Shown piece by piece: positions 36,627 to 46,367 of a stretch of DNA of 64,000 nucleotides (positions are counted from its first letter, which is position 1; the number at the start of each line of letters is the position of its first letter). The notes below the pieces were generated by a model that was given only the letters and a program-made list of their open reading frames with translations, made no database searches and had not been told where the DNA came from. Where the stretch lies: NCBI GenBank assembly GCA_051882475.1, contig JBJERW010000088.1, positions 598-64,597 of the forward strand, given 5' to 3'. The stretch is from Huintestinicola sp. (GTDB lineage Bacteria; Bacillota; Clostridia; Oscillospirales; Ruminococcaceae). The position numbers and the translations under genes were made by a program.

Positions 36627-39338
36627 ATGAAAAATGCAGGAAGATTTGCGGCTGTCATTTCGGCAGCTGCAATGATAACATCGGCAGTATCACCGTTATA
36701 CTGCAATGCGGAGGAGAATGTTAAAATGAAAGAGATCATCATCGACGGAGCAGCGATGAACACACGGGAAAATATGCTTTACAGGGGCGCAGGAATGGTA
36801 AGCGGAAACAACTCTTCCCGTCTGCTCCTTGATTACAAAGCCGAAGCTCCCGAAGCATACAGCAGGCTGCTTGAATATATGTTCGGCGATGAGGGTATAG
36901 GAATTACTCATCTTAAGCTGGAAATGGGTTCGGATATAAATTCTTCTTCGGGAACAGAGCCTTCGGTAAAGCGTTTTGCCGATGAAGAAGCGGACGTTAC
37001 AAGAGGTGCAGGCTATCAGCTTGCAGCCGACGCAAAGAAGATTAATCCCGACCTTACGCTGGATATGCTGTGGTGGAGCGAGCCGAAGTGGATATCCGAC
37101 GCCGAAGATATTTACGGGGCAAGATACAGCTGGTACAAGGAAACTCTCGATGCCGCATATGAAACCTATGGTCTGGAATTTGATTATGTCAGCGCTGTTC
37201 AGAATGAAAGGGGAGCCGATGCCGATTGGGTAAAGTATCTTTCGGAGCATCTGAAAAGCGAAACCGACTGTCCCTATGATTATTCAAAAATAAAGATAGT
37301 CGGAGGCGAAGAGGTCTGCACATGGAACTTTGCCGATATGATGAAAGGCGACGAGGAGCTTATGGAGGCTGTTGATGTTGTGGGCAGCCATTACACAAGC
37401 TCATCCACAGCTGCGGCAAAGTGGCTTGCCAAGGAAAAGGGCAAGGAGCTTTGGTTCAGCGAAGCAAGCTCTCCTATGTGCTATGCTCAGGGAGCATACA
37501 GATTTGACGGAACGGGTTCGGGCATATCGGGTATAAACGGCACGCTTGACATCGCAAACAGGATAATAGGTATGTATCCGAACGGCAGAATGAACCTTTA
37601 CGAATATCAGCCTGTTATTTCCGCATATTATGACGGCGTTACATACTGCCAGAAGCAGCTTATATCCGCCTGCGACCCGTGGAGCGGTTACTATCAGCTT
37701 GACAGCGGCTTTTATATGTCCCTGCATTTTTCGCAGTTTATAAAGAAGGGCTGGGCGTTTATCGACGAGGCATGCTATTCTGACGGAAAGCCGGGCGGCG
37801 ACGGTCATGCTATTGTTGATGCAGTTTACAGCTATATGACTGCTGCTGATACCGAAACGGGCGATTACAGCACAGTAATCACAAACACTACTTCTGAGCC
37901 TATAGAATATATAATCAGGGTATCAAATCTTGAGAAAGCTTCTTCTGCTGTAAGCGTATGGGAAACAAGAGGACCCGACAGCGGCAGCTATGACGAGAAC
38001 TATTTTAAGAAGGTATCCGATATAACTCCCGATGAAAAGGACGGCGCTTACAGCTATAAGGTCACAGTTAAGCCATGTTCTATTGTAACTGTTTCAACTG
38101 TCACCCCCGCAAGGACAGAATATACAAATGCCGACCCATCGGAAAGAACTGTGCTTTCGCTGCCCTATGCGGACGATTTTGAGTATTCCGATCACCCCGA
38201 TGATTACCTCTCGTCAAGAGGCAATGCACCAAGATATACTACCGATCAGGGCGGCGCTTTTGAGGTGGAATCCACCGAAAACGGCAATGTGCTCGTACAG
38301 CAGATAACTCCCGATATAAAGTCGAATGAATGGGGCTGGACTCCCGACCCTGTGACCTGTCTGGGAGATGACAGGTGGTATAATTACAGCGTTTGTGCAG
38401 CTGTGAAGTTTGATAGTTCCGATGAACCGTCAAAGAATTATGCAGGCGCAGGATTGAGATATACCCTTGCCTGCAACGGTATCAGCGGATATTGGATACA
38501 GCTTTTTGAGGACGGCAGCTGGAAGCTCAACGCAAACAAAACCGCAAAAGCGGAGGGAAAGATAGAAGGCTTTGACAGCACCGCAGCTCATATTCTCAAG
38601 ATAAGCGCATGTGGAAATAACATCTGCGCATATATCGACGGGGAGAAGGCAGGGGAATATACTGCTGACTCCGAAGCGCTTATCGGCGCAGGAAGAGCGG
38701 CGCTTTTCAGCTCCTACAACCGAAACAGCTTTGACGATCTGCTCATTGAACCTGTGGAGGGCGCAGATACATATATCACACGCTATGACAACACCGACCT
38801 CTGCTTCGAGTATGAGGGCGAGTGGGAGCATAATACCATGAGCAGCTTCAAAAATTACAAGAGAACTATATCCAAGGGTTCGGAAGGCTCAGCTGTAACG
38901 GTGCGCTTTGACGGAACGGGATTTGCTCTTACGGGAGAAACAGGGGCAGATACGGTGCTTTCCGTCCGGATAGACGAAAGGGAAGCTGTAACGGCAGGTG
39001 TGTACAAAACAGGTCTGCGTGAGATATCCTGCCGTTTTGACGGACTTGAAAAGGGCGCACATACAGCAAAGATAACCGTTGTTTCGGGCAAATACAGCGT
39101 TGACGGTATGGAGGTCACAGGGGGCGATATCCCTCTGCCGACAGCAGAGGAGGAAATAAGCTCGGAGGTTTCTGCGGAAACAGTTCTGTCGGCCGATGAA
39201 AGCGAAGCCGCTGCCGTTTCGGAACAGAGCGATGAAAACGGCAGCAAAAGCAGTCCTGTTATACCGATAATCGCAGCTGCGGCGGGAGCGGCTCTTATCG
39301 GCGGCGCTGTTGTCCTGAAAAAGAAGAAATCAAAATAG
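36627..39338 (+). CDS. Secreted GH59-like glycoside hydrolase with C-terminal membrane anchor
   Basis: Signal peptide; NNSSRLLLDY, LKLEMGSDINSSSGTEPS, QNE, LWFSE; acidic linker, TM and KKKKSK tail. Confidence 0.75.
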   Translation: MKNAGRFAAVISAAAMITSAVSPLYCNAEENVKMKEIIIDGAAMNTRENMLYRGAGMVSGNNSSRLLLDYKAEAPEAYSRLLEYMFGDEGIGITHLKLEMGSDINSSSGTEPSVKRFADEEADVTRGAGYQLAADAKKINPDLTLDMLWWSEPKWISDAEDIYGARYSWYKETLDAAYETYGLEFDYVSAVQNERGADADWVKYLSEHLKSETDCPYDYSKIKIVGGEEVCTWNFADMMKGDEELMEAVDVVGSHYTSSSTAAAKWLAKEKGKELWFSEASSPMCYAQGAYRFDGTGSGISGINGTLDIANRIIGMYPNGRMNLYEYQPVISAYYDGVTYCQKQLISACDPWSGYYQLDSGFYMSLHFSQFIKKGWAFIDEACYSDGKPGGDGHAIVDAVYSYMTAADTETGDYSTVITNTTSEPIEYIIRVSNLEKASSAVSVWETRGPDSGSYDENYFKKVSDITPDEKDGAYSYKVTVKPCSIVTVSTVTPARTEYTNADPSERTVLSLPYADDFEYSDHPDDYLSSRGNAPRYTTDQGGAFEVESTENGNVLVQQITPDIKSNEWGWTPDPVTCLGDDRWYNYSVCAAVKFDSSDEPSKNYAGAGLRYTLACNGISGYWIQLFEDGSWKLNANKTAKAEGKIEGFDSTAAHILKISACGNNICAYIDGEKAGEYTADSEALIGAGRAALFSSYNRNSFDDLLIEPVEGADTYITRYDNTDLCFEYEGEWEHNTMSSFKNYKRTISKGSEGSAVTVRFDGTGFALTGETGADTVLSVRIDEREAVTAGVYKTGLREISCRFDGLEKGAHTAKITVVSGKYSVDGMEVTGGDIPLPTAEEEISSEVSAETVLSADESEAAAVSEQSDENGSKSSPVIPIIAAAAGAALIGGAVVLKKKKSK

Positions 39339-39419
39339 TGTAACCACACTCTGACAAAGGTCAAGGCATTGCTGCGCCCCCTATTGAGCGGCAATGCCTT
39401 GAAACGGTAATAGTGAAAA

Positions 39420-40763
39420 ATGAACAATACAAGATATATGACGGAGGGCAGCGAAACGGGTCATATCGTTCGATTTGCCCTGCCCCTGCTGGGGGGAAAT
39501 CTTCTCCAGCAGACCTACAATCTGATCGATACCGCAGTTGTCGGACGTTATCTCGGAGATGACGCACTTGCGGCGGTAGGGGCAACAGGCTCCATTACAT
39601 ATTTGTTTTACACCCTCTGTATAGGTCTTTCCATAGGTGCAGGAGTGATCATATCACAGCTTTTCGGTTCGGGAGATGATAAAAAGCTGCGGCTTGCGGT
39701 GGTGAATTCCGCCATTGTTACAGCCGTTTTCGGGATAGCGGTAAGCGTCATTTCCGTCCTTGCGGCAGAGCCTGTCCTGCGGTTTTTAAACGTCCCCCAA
39801 AAGCTTATTGGAAATTCGGCAGTGTATATGAAGATAGCCTGCGGCGGAACGGTGGCTGTTGCGGCTTATAACTGGATAAACGCTGTCATGAGAGCGGTGG
39901 GCGATTCAAAAACGCCTCTAATATTCCTTGGTGCGGCAAGTATACTCAACGCAGTTCTCGATCTGCTTTTTGTGGTTGTGCTGGGTTTTGGTGTATCGGG
40001 AGCTGCATGGGCAACTGTGCTTGCTCAGGGACTTTCGGCGGTATCCTGCATAATATACTGCTTCGGATTCGGCAGAGAGATATCCCTTTCTGCCGAAGAT
40101 ATCAAAGCCGACAGAAATATGATGCTTCGCTGCATAAAAACAGGTCTGCCCATAGCCGCTCAGAACGGACTTATATCCGTGTCCATGACCGCTCTGCAGA
40201 GAGTCACCAACGGCTTCGGAGAAAATGTAATGGCGGCATATACCGTTTCCATGAGGATAGAACAGCTTGTCCAGCAGCCGTTTTCATCGCTTAATGTAGC
40301 CGTTTCCACCTTTACGGGACAGAATATCGGTGCAGGGAAAAACGACCGTGCGGTACGTGGACTGCGCTCTGCATTGAAGATATCGACCGTATTTGCTTTT
40401 GCGGTGCTTATACTGTTCGTACTTTTCGGACGGCAGCTGACAGCCGTTTTTGTGACGGGCAGCGAGGTCATCGGAATAGCTTCACGAGCAATTGTACTGA
40501 CAGGCTGCTTCTATTGGGCCCTTGGAATTATCCATACGGTCAGAGGCTTTCTTAACGGTTCGGGAGATACGGGATATGCGCTGATAAACGGCTCCGCCGA
40601 GGTCATATGCCGCATAGGCTTGTCCCTGCTGCTTACAGCTGTCCCATTGATAGGATATTGGGGCATATGGCTCACTACCTGCTTTACATGGTTTGTAACG
40701 GCGGCGGTAAGCCTTATCCGTTACAAAAGCGGCAGGTGGAAGGATAAATCCGTTATTGAATAA
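39420..40763 (+). CDS. MATE-family efflux transporter
   Basis: GNLLQQTYNLIDTAVVGR, RAVGDSKTPL, TFTGQNIGAG. Confidence 0.92.
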   Translation: MNNTRYMTEGSETGHIVRFALPLLGGNLLQQTYNLIDTAVVGRYLGDDALAAVGATGSITYLFYTLCIGLSIGAGVIISQLFGSGDDKKLRLAVVNSAIVTAVFGIAVSVISVLAAEPVLRFLNVPQKLIGNSAVYMKIACGGTVAVAAYNWINAVMRAVGDSKTPLIFLGAASILNAVLDLLFVVVLGFGVSGAAWATVLAQGLSAVSCIIYCFGFGREISLSAEDIKADRNMMLRCIKTGLPIAAQNGLISVSMTALQRVTNGFGENVMAAYTVSMRIEQLVQQPFSSLNVAVSTFTGQNIGAGKNDRAVRGLRSALKISTVFAFAVLILFVLFGRQLTAVFVTGSEVIGIASRAIVLTGCFYWALGIIHTVRGFLNGSGDTGYALINGSAEVICRIGLSLLLTAVPLIGYWGIWLTTCFTWFVTAAVSLIRYKSGRWKDKSVIE

Positions 40764-40777
40764 TGTTTGATAAATAC

Positions 40778-40817
40778 AAAAAACTGCGCAAGAACCATAA
40801 GCTTTTGCGCAGTTTTT
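40778..40817. terminator. Bidirectional terminator
   Basis: aaaaactgcgcaa ... ttgcgcagttttt between convergent genes. Confidence 0.75.
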
Positions 40818-40834
40818 AGTTTATTCAGTTTTTA

Positions 40835-41215
40835 TCAGCTCTTAGCCTTAGCCTTTTTCTTTTCGCTTTTTTCGTTCTTCTTTTTCTTTGCGGCTTCAAC
40901 TATTCTTGAAAATTCCAGAGCCTTGTCAATGCTGCCGTCAATTTTCAGCTTGCCCTTTGTGAAAGCCTCAACAGGGTCAAGGTCGCCGCTGCACATTGCA
41001 AGGAAATCATCTCCGCTTACAATGAAAATGCAGTCACGGTCGTAATATTCGTAAGGCTCAACATATACCTTTCCGTTAAGCAGCTCAATATAAAATCTGC
41101 CCTCGCCTTCGCCGATAATGTTTACCTGAACGGCAAGATGTCCTTCAAGTCCTTCGGGTGCGGAATCGAGAACGTATTTCTTTGATTTTTCAAAAATTTC
41201 TTCGTAAGTCATCAT
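40835..41215 (-). CDS. SCP2 sterol/lipid-binding domain protein
   Basis: GDLDPVEAFTKGKLKIDGSIDKAL. Confidence 0.85.
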   Translation of the reverse strand: MMTYEEIFEKSKKYVLDSAPEGLEGHLAVQVNIIGEGEGRFYIELLNGKVYVEPYEYYDRDCIFIVSGDDFLAMCSGDLDPVEAFTKGKLKIDGSIDKALEFSRIVEAAKKKKNEKSEKKKAKAKS

Positions 41216-41238
41216 ATCTCTCCTAAAATAATTTAATA

Positions 41239-42789
41239 TTATACTATCTGTCTGCCCTTAACAGGCTGATTGCGGCGAATCTTTTTGGAAGTTGTCTTGT
41301 CAAATTCCGTATCTCTGATCCTGAGGCGGTGTATCTGCTTTGCGGAGGTCACTGTTTTGTTTATCTTGTCCACAGTATCGGTGAAAAGCTTTTCGATATC
41401 TTCAGATGTCATATCCTTGCAGTAATCGGCGTTGGGGAATATCTCTGCGGTGATGATGCTGTCCTCGCTGTATACCAGTACCTCGGAGATAAAATCAATG
41501 CCCGCAAACTTGTTTTCAAGCTCTTCGGGGGATACGTTTTCGCCGTTTGAAAGAATGATAAGGTTCTTCTTTCGACCCGTTATGAAGATGTGATTTGTTT
41601 CGTCAACATATCCAAGGTCGCCCGTTCTGAGCCAGCCGTCGGGAGTAAGAGCTTCGGCGGTTGCGGCTTCGTCCTTGTAGTAGCCTGCCATGACCGAGGG
41701 ACTTTTTGCAAGTATCTCTCCGTCGCAGATCTTTACGCTGCAGCCGTTGACTATCACACCAACATCTCCTCTGCATGACTTGTCGGTGGGGTCGGCGGTA
41801 GAGATTCTCGGTGAGCATTCGGTCATGCCGTAGCCCTGTGCCATGTTAAATCCCATGTCGATATATGCTTTCTGCAGCTCGGGACGGAGATATGCTCCGC
41901 CGCTGTATATGGTTTTGAGCCTTCCGCCGAAAACTGACTGTGCAATGGCAGCCATAGGTATCTCGGGCTTTGCGGCAGCGGCAGCTTTTATCTGCTTGTA
42001 AATGGTTTCGGCTATCATAGGAACGATAAGCATGATAGTGGGAGCAAAAAGCTTAAGATTCTGAGCGATGTGCAGCATGGAATCATTTACGCAGAGGGTG
42101 GAGCCGTATCTGAGGGAGCACATGATATCGCAGGTAAAGCAGTAAATATGATGAATGGGCAGTACGGTCATTACAACGTCCTCGGGTGTGCTTTCGTTGT
42201 CCTGACACATTGCGTTGTCGATAAGATTGCGGTGAAGAAGCATAACGCCCTTGCTCTTGCCCGTTGTTCCCGATGTGTATACGATAGCAGCAAGTGCGTC
42301 GGGGGAAACCTCGGGCAGCTTGGCAGGCTCGTACTTTTCAAGAATACCTGTTAACTCTTCCGAGCTTACATATGCCTTAACGCCGGGGCAGGCTGCCTTT
42401 ATGGCAGGTATCATTTTTTCGTATCTCTTGTCGTAGAAGAATACAGAAACGTCGCCCCTGTTGAGCAGGTCGCATATCTCTTCGCAGGGAAGCTGTGCGT
42501 CAAGGGGAACTGCGGTGTTTCCGCAGGAAACCGTTCCGAAATAGCTGACCAGCCAGCAGTAGCTTGTAGGTCCTATGACAGCCGCATGTATCGGCTCTTC
42601 GGAGGTCTTAACGGACATGATATATGCAGCTGTGCGGCGAACGTCCTCATAAAAACGGCTGTAGGATTTTTCGGAAATATCCTTTCCGATTTTTTCTTTG
42701 AGAAATGTCTTGTCGCCGTATTCTTCGGCAGCAAGTCTTACGATATCCTGTAAGGTCTTAACATTTTCTTTTTTCATGCCGCACCTCAC
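41239..42789 (-). CDS. Long-chain fatty acid adenylation enzyme (AMP-binding)
   Basis: YTSGTTGKSKG, GYGMTE, RTGDLG, GRKKNLIILSNGENV. Confidence 0.9.
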   Translation of the reverse strand: MRCGMKKENVKTLQDIVRLAAEEYGDKTFLKEKIGKDISEKSYSRFYEDVRRTAAYIMSVKTSEEPIHAAVIGPTSYCWLVSYFGTVSCGNTAVPLDAQLPCEEICDLLNRGDVSVFFYDKRYEKMIPAIKAACPGVKAYVSSEELTGILEKYEPAKLPEVSPDALAAIVYTSGTTGKSKGVMLLHRNLIDNAMCQDNESTPEDVVMTVLPIHHIYCFTCDIMCSLRYGSTLCVNDSMLHIAQNLKLFAPTIMLIVPMIAETIYKQIKAAAAAKPEIPMAAIAQSVFGGRLKTIYSGGAYLRPELQKAYIDMGFNMAQGYGMTECSPRISTADPTDKSCRGDVGVIVNGCSVKICDGEILAKSPSVMAGYYKDEAATAEALTPDGWLRTGDLGYVDETNHIFITGRKKNLIILSNGENVSPEELENKFAGIDFISEVLVYSEDSIITAEIFPNADYCKDMTSEDIEKLFTDTVDKINKTVTSAKQIHRLRIRDTEFDKTTSKKIRRNQPVKGRQIV

Positions 42790-43013
42790 TTCTGCAGTCC
42801 GCTGATGTAATTGATAGCTTCGCCTACGGTGTGGATATTAATGATCTCGCTTTCGTCCACGGTAATGTCAAGCTCTGCTTCAAGGTCGCCCAGCAGGCTC
42901 ATAAAATCGTATGAATTAAAGCCCAGGTCTTCAATAAAACGGGTGTCCTCGGTAATGTCCTCGGGGTTTGCTTCAACGTAATTGCAGACAAGCTCTTTTA
43001 TTTTTTCAAGCAT
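42786..43013 (-). CDS. Acyl carrier (thiolation) protein
   Basis: 75 aa acidic protein, EDLGFNSYD phosphopantetheine-site pattern. Confidence 0.88.
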   Translation of the reverse strand: MLEKIKELVCNYVEANPEDITEDTRFIEDLGFNSYDFMSLLGDLEAELDITVDESEIINIHTVGEAINYISGLQK

Positions 43014-43038
43014 AATTTTTCCTCCATAATCACAATCA

Positions 43039-44451
43039 TCATATCATTTCAAGAATTTCGCCGATAGTTCTTGTTTCGTCCTCGATACCTCTGAACAGTA
43101 CACGGCAAAGGTAATAGTAGAAATATTCCATTTCTTCGGGGCTTACCATGTCCTTCTTGAATTCAAAGTTGAAGTTCAGACCGTTATCCTCGGGACGGTG
43201 CATCAGTGTAAGATACAGCGCATGGCTTGCAACGCCGTTAGTGTACCAGTAGCTCTTGTACGGGATATCGGGCATATCGGGAGTATTCTTGTTGAGGGTA
43301 AGGGGCTGATAGGTAAAGCTTATGCTTTCGTAGCAGGAATTGGGGACGATCTTCCAGTACTCGCCCTGCTTCATTCTGAAAGCGATAGGGTCATAGTTTG
43401 CGTGGCGGTATATCTTGTTCTGCTCCGCCTGTATCGCTCTTATACCGTCAAGGAAGGTCATATCGTTTTCAAGGATGGTACGCAGGGGGAAGAAATGTAT
43501 TCTTGTTCCTCCCGAATATTTCTCCGACAGAGTACCTCTTCTTGCGATACAGTTGATAATGGAAACGTCCTTTTCGTCGCTGTTGAACTTGGAGAGAACG
43601 GTTCTCAGACCCATTATCATCAGGCTTGCCATAGGCACGTTGTAAAGCTCGCAGAACTTCATCAGACGCATGGAAGGCTCGTTTTCCAGATGGAATACGG
43701 AAATTGCCGCAGCGGACGATTCGGAAGCCATAACTGCGCTTCGGATATTGGGGTCGTTGTACTGTCTTCTTGTGGCGATAAGGTGTTCGGGTCCTGTAAA
43801 TCCCGTAAATATCGGTTCGCTCTCTGCGATCTTTTCCTCCCAGAACTTTTCGTCACGCTTAAGTGCGGGGGAGTTGTCCTCATATGCAAGGTCTTTTTCA
43901 AGCTGTTCTATGTAGGAACGCATGGGACCCGGCATTTCCGTGCCGTATTTCATGGAGCAGTATGCTTCAAGCACGCAGCGGTCGAAGCCGATAAGTGCGC
44001 TTGAATCCATGGTCATATGGTTAACGTTCAGGTACAGTCCGTTATATCCGCCGGGGAGCTTTATAAGAACTACTCTGTTCAGCGGCTTTCCGAAAGGCTC
44101 GAAAGGTATTGCTGTCCAGCGGCGCATTTCATCGTGAGCCGCTTCTTCACGCCATTTGGAAAAATCCACGAATTCAATGTTCCTGTCCTCAAAGGGAACT
44201 ATGTACTGATAAACAGCCTGTTCGTTTTCGGGGTCCTTTACGAACCTGATACGCATTGAGTCAAAGCGCTCGTAGGCAATGTAGACTGCTTTTTTCAGCA
44301 GGTCAAAGTCAACGTCCTGCTTTACATAAAGACCGGTTCCGATATTCAGGACCTGTGCAGGGCTGAAAAGCATGGTGAAATAATGGAGCTTCTGTGCAGC
44401 GGTGAGAGGATAGCACTTCATCTGAGCGCCGTTTACGGTGATTTCTTTCAT
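43039..44451 (-). CDS. Stand-alone NRPS-type condensation domain protein
   Basis: YPLTAAQ, FDSMRIRF, NHMTMDS (HHxxxDG variant). Confidence 0.85.
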   Translation of the reverse strand: MKEITVNGAQMKCYPLTAAQKLHYFTMLFSPAQVLNIGTGLYVKQDVDFDLLKKAVYIAYERFDSMRIRFVKDPENEQAVYQYIVPFEDRNIEFVDFSKWREEAAHDEMRRWTAIPFEPFGKPLNRVVLIKLPGGYNGLYLNVNHMTMDSSALIGFDRCVLEAYCSMKYGTEMPGPMRSYIEQLEKDLAYEDNSPALKRDEKFWEEKIAESEPIFTGFTGPEHLIATRRQYNDPNIRSAVMASESSAAAISVFHLENEPSMRLMKFCELYNVPMASLMIMGLRTVLSKFNSDEKDVSIINCIARRGTLSEKYSGGTRIHFFPLRTILENDMTFLDGIRAIQAEQNKIYRHANYDPIAFRMKQGEYWKIVPNSCYESISFTYQPLTLNKNTPDMPDIPYKSYWYTNGVASHALYLTLMHRPEDNGLNFNFEFKKDMVSPEEMEYFYYYLCRVLFRGIEDETRTIGEILEMI

Positions 44452-44469
44452 AGTAACAGTCCTTTCAGT

Positions 44470-45444
44470 TTATTTCCGGGGCAGATATTTTTCAAGAAAT
44501 TCTGTGATCTTCTCTTCGTACATTTCGGGGCTTTCATAGTAGGAAGCGCCGTGCGCCGCATTGGGCACCCAAAGGATATCCTTCGGCGAAGTGCACTGCT
44601 CGTAATTCTTTTCGGTCATCCATGTGGGAACGAAATCGTCGTCCTTGCCGTGGATAAAAAGGATAGGAAGCTTTGTGACCTTTACGGCGTCAAGTGTGGA
44701 ATAATCCTTGAAGCCGTAGCCTGCGGTTTTTCGGCAGATGGCATCGTTAATGTTCATGATAGGGAAGGGGGGAAGGTGATAATCCCTCTTAAGGATATGC
44801 GCAAAAACATCGTAGGGGGAGGTGAATGCGCAGTCGGATATTACCGCCTTGACGCTTTCGGGGAGATCGGGGAAGCCTGCGGTCATAAGCACCGTTGTGG
44901 CGCCCATGGATATGCCGTGGAGGATTATGTCCTTTTTACCCTCAAAACGCTTATCAACATATTTTATCCATTCCAGGCAGTCATATCTGTCGAGAATGCC
45001 GAAGCCTATGTACTTGCCTTCACTTTGACCGTGTCCACGGTGATCTACCAGCAGGCAGTCATAACCCTTGCCGTGGTAATAATACGAGATAGAGCAGCAG
45101 TCCTGCATGCCGTTGCTCGTATAGCCGTGGTTGCAGAGAACAATACCCTTGCTTTCGCCCTCTGCGGGGAAATAATTTCCGTGAAGCGTAAGACCGTCAC
45201 GGGATTTTATGGTAATATGCTCAAGCTTCTGCTCACTGAGCCATTCAGCTCTCGGAGCGATCATTTTCTTGTATTCTTCCCATTTCTTCATGTCCGCAAC
45301 TTCGTCAAGGTTCACTCTCAGAACGTCCTGACGGGGGATAACCTTGTTGTAAAGAGTAAGAGCTCCTGCCACGCAGGCTGCCGTGCCTACAGCCGCTGTT
45401 CCGAAGACAACAGCCGCAGCTGTACCGATACCCATAATGATCAT
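44470..45444 (-). CDS. Alpha/beta hydrolase
   Basis: DHRGHGQSEG, GISMG nucleophile, IHGKDDDFVP, AAHG; start moved to 45444. Confidence 0.9.
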   Translation of the reverse strand: MIIMGIGTAAAVVFGTAAVGTAACVAGALTLYNKVIPRQDVLRVNLDEVADMKKWEEYKKMIAPRAEWLSEQKLEHITIKSRDGLTLHGNYFPAEGESKGIVLCNHGYTSNGMQDCCSISYYYHGKGYDCLLVDHRGHGQSEGKYIGFGILDRYDCLEWIKYVDKRFEGKKDIILHGISMGATTVLMTAGFPDLPESVKAVISDCAFTSPYDVFAHILKRDYHLPPFPIMNINDAICRKTAGYGFKDYSTLDAVKVTKLPILFIHGKDDDFVPTWMTEKNYEQCTSPKDILWVPNAAHGASYYESPEMYEEKITEFLEKYLPRK

Positions 45445-45476
45445 CTGCCTTTGCTTCTTAATTTTGATATTATGTA

Positions 45477-45595
45477 TCGACCGACAGTCGAAAAATGCTT
45501 TGAATAAAGCAAGATCCTGTATTGAAGCGTCAAATTCGACCGCAAGTCGATAAATTTTACGATTATAGTATATCACTTTTTCGACTGTCGGTCAA
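45477..45595. promoter_or_regulatory. Three TCGAC-N5-GTCGA palindromes, probable TetR operators
   Basis: 45477-45491, 45536-45550, 45581-45595 (one mismatch); the third overlaps minus-strand TTGACC-17-TATACT. Confidence 0.7.
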
Positions 45596-45678
45596 GTGCT
45601 TTTTCTATAAAATTTCTATTGAAAAAGCTGTTTTTTTGTGATATAATGGTATAAATTCAGCAAATTCGGAGGCTTATC

Positions 45679-46314
45679 ATGAGCAAGACCAAAAAAAGAG
45701 AGCTGATCCTCGATTCTGCCGAGGAGCTGCTGTGCCGAATGTCCGACAGGGAAATATCGGTGGATATGATAGCTTCAAACGCAGGGATCGGCAAGGGAAG
45801 TATTTACTATTATTTTGACAGCAAGGAGGACATCATCGACGCAGTTATCGAGCGCAGCTACACCACTGCCATACAGGAATTTTTCTCCGATGTGTACGAC
45901 CAAAGCAGTGCGCTGGTGAAGATAAAGGCGCTGTTCCGTACAGTCATCAAGGAGGAATTCAAAAACAGCCGCAAGAATATTATCGTTGCTTTCCATGTGC
46001 AGGATAATCTGATGCTGCACATAAAGATGATGATGACAGCTGTGAGGACCATATCGCCCATACTCACAAAGCTTCTCTCGGAGGGTGCCGAGGACGGTTC
46101 CTTTCATACCGAATCCCCCAAGGAAAGCGCTGAAATGATCGTTGCAATGCTGACGTTCCTGCTGGACAAATCATTTTTCCCCTCCGACAACGAGGGACTG
46201 TACCGAAAGCTGAAGCTGTATGCAGGGATACTTGAAACCTGCCTTCAGACGGAAAAGGGCAGCTTTGATTTTCTGTTTACCATGGACGAGGATGAACATT
46301 CTGCGCAGGAATGA
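45679..46314 (+). CDS. TetR/AcrR-family regulator
   Basis: SVDMIASNAGIGKGSIYYYFDSKEDI. Confidence 0.92.
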   Translation: MSKTKKRELILDSAEELLCRMSDREISVDMIASNAGIGKGSIYYYFDSKEDIIDAVIERSYTTAIQEFFSDVYDQSSALVKIKALFRTVIKEEFKNSRKNIIVAFHVQDNLMLHIKMMMTAVRTISPILTKLLSEGAEDGSFHTESPKESAEMIVAMLTFLLDKSFFPSDNEGLYRKLKLYAGILETCLQTEKGSFDFLFTMDEDEHSAQE

Positions 46315-46367
46315 AATGCATTACATAAATGATGACCAATTTATTTACAGCGAAAGGATGAACTGAT

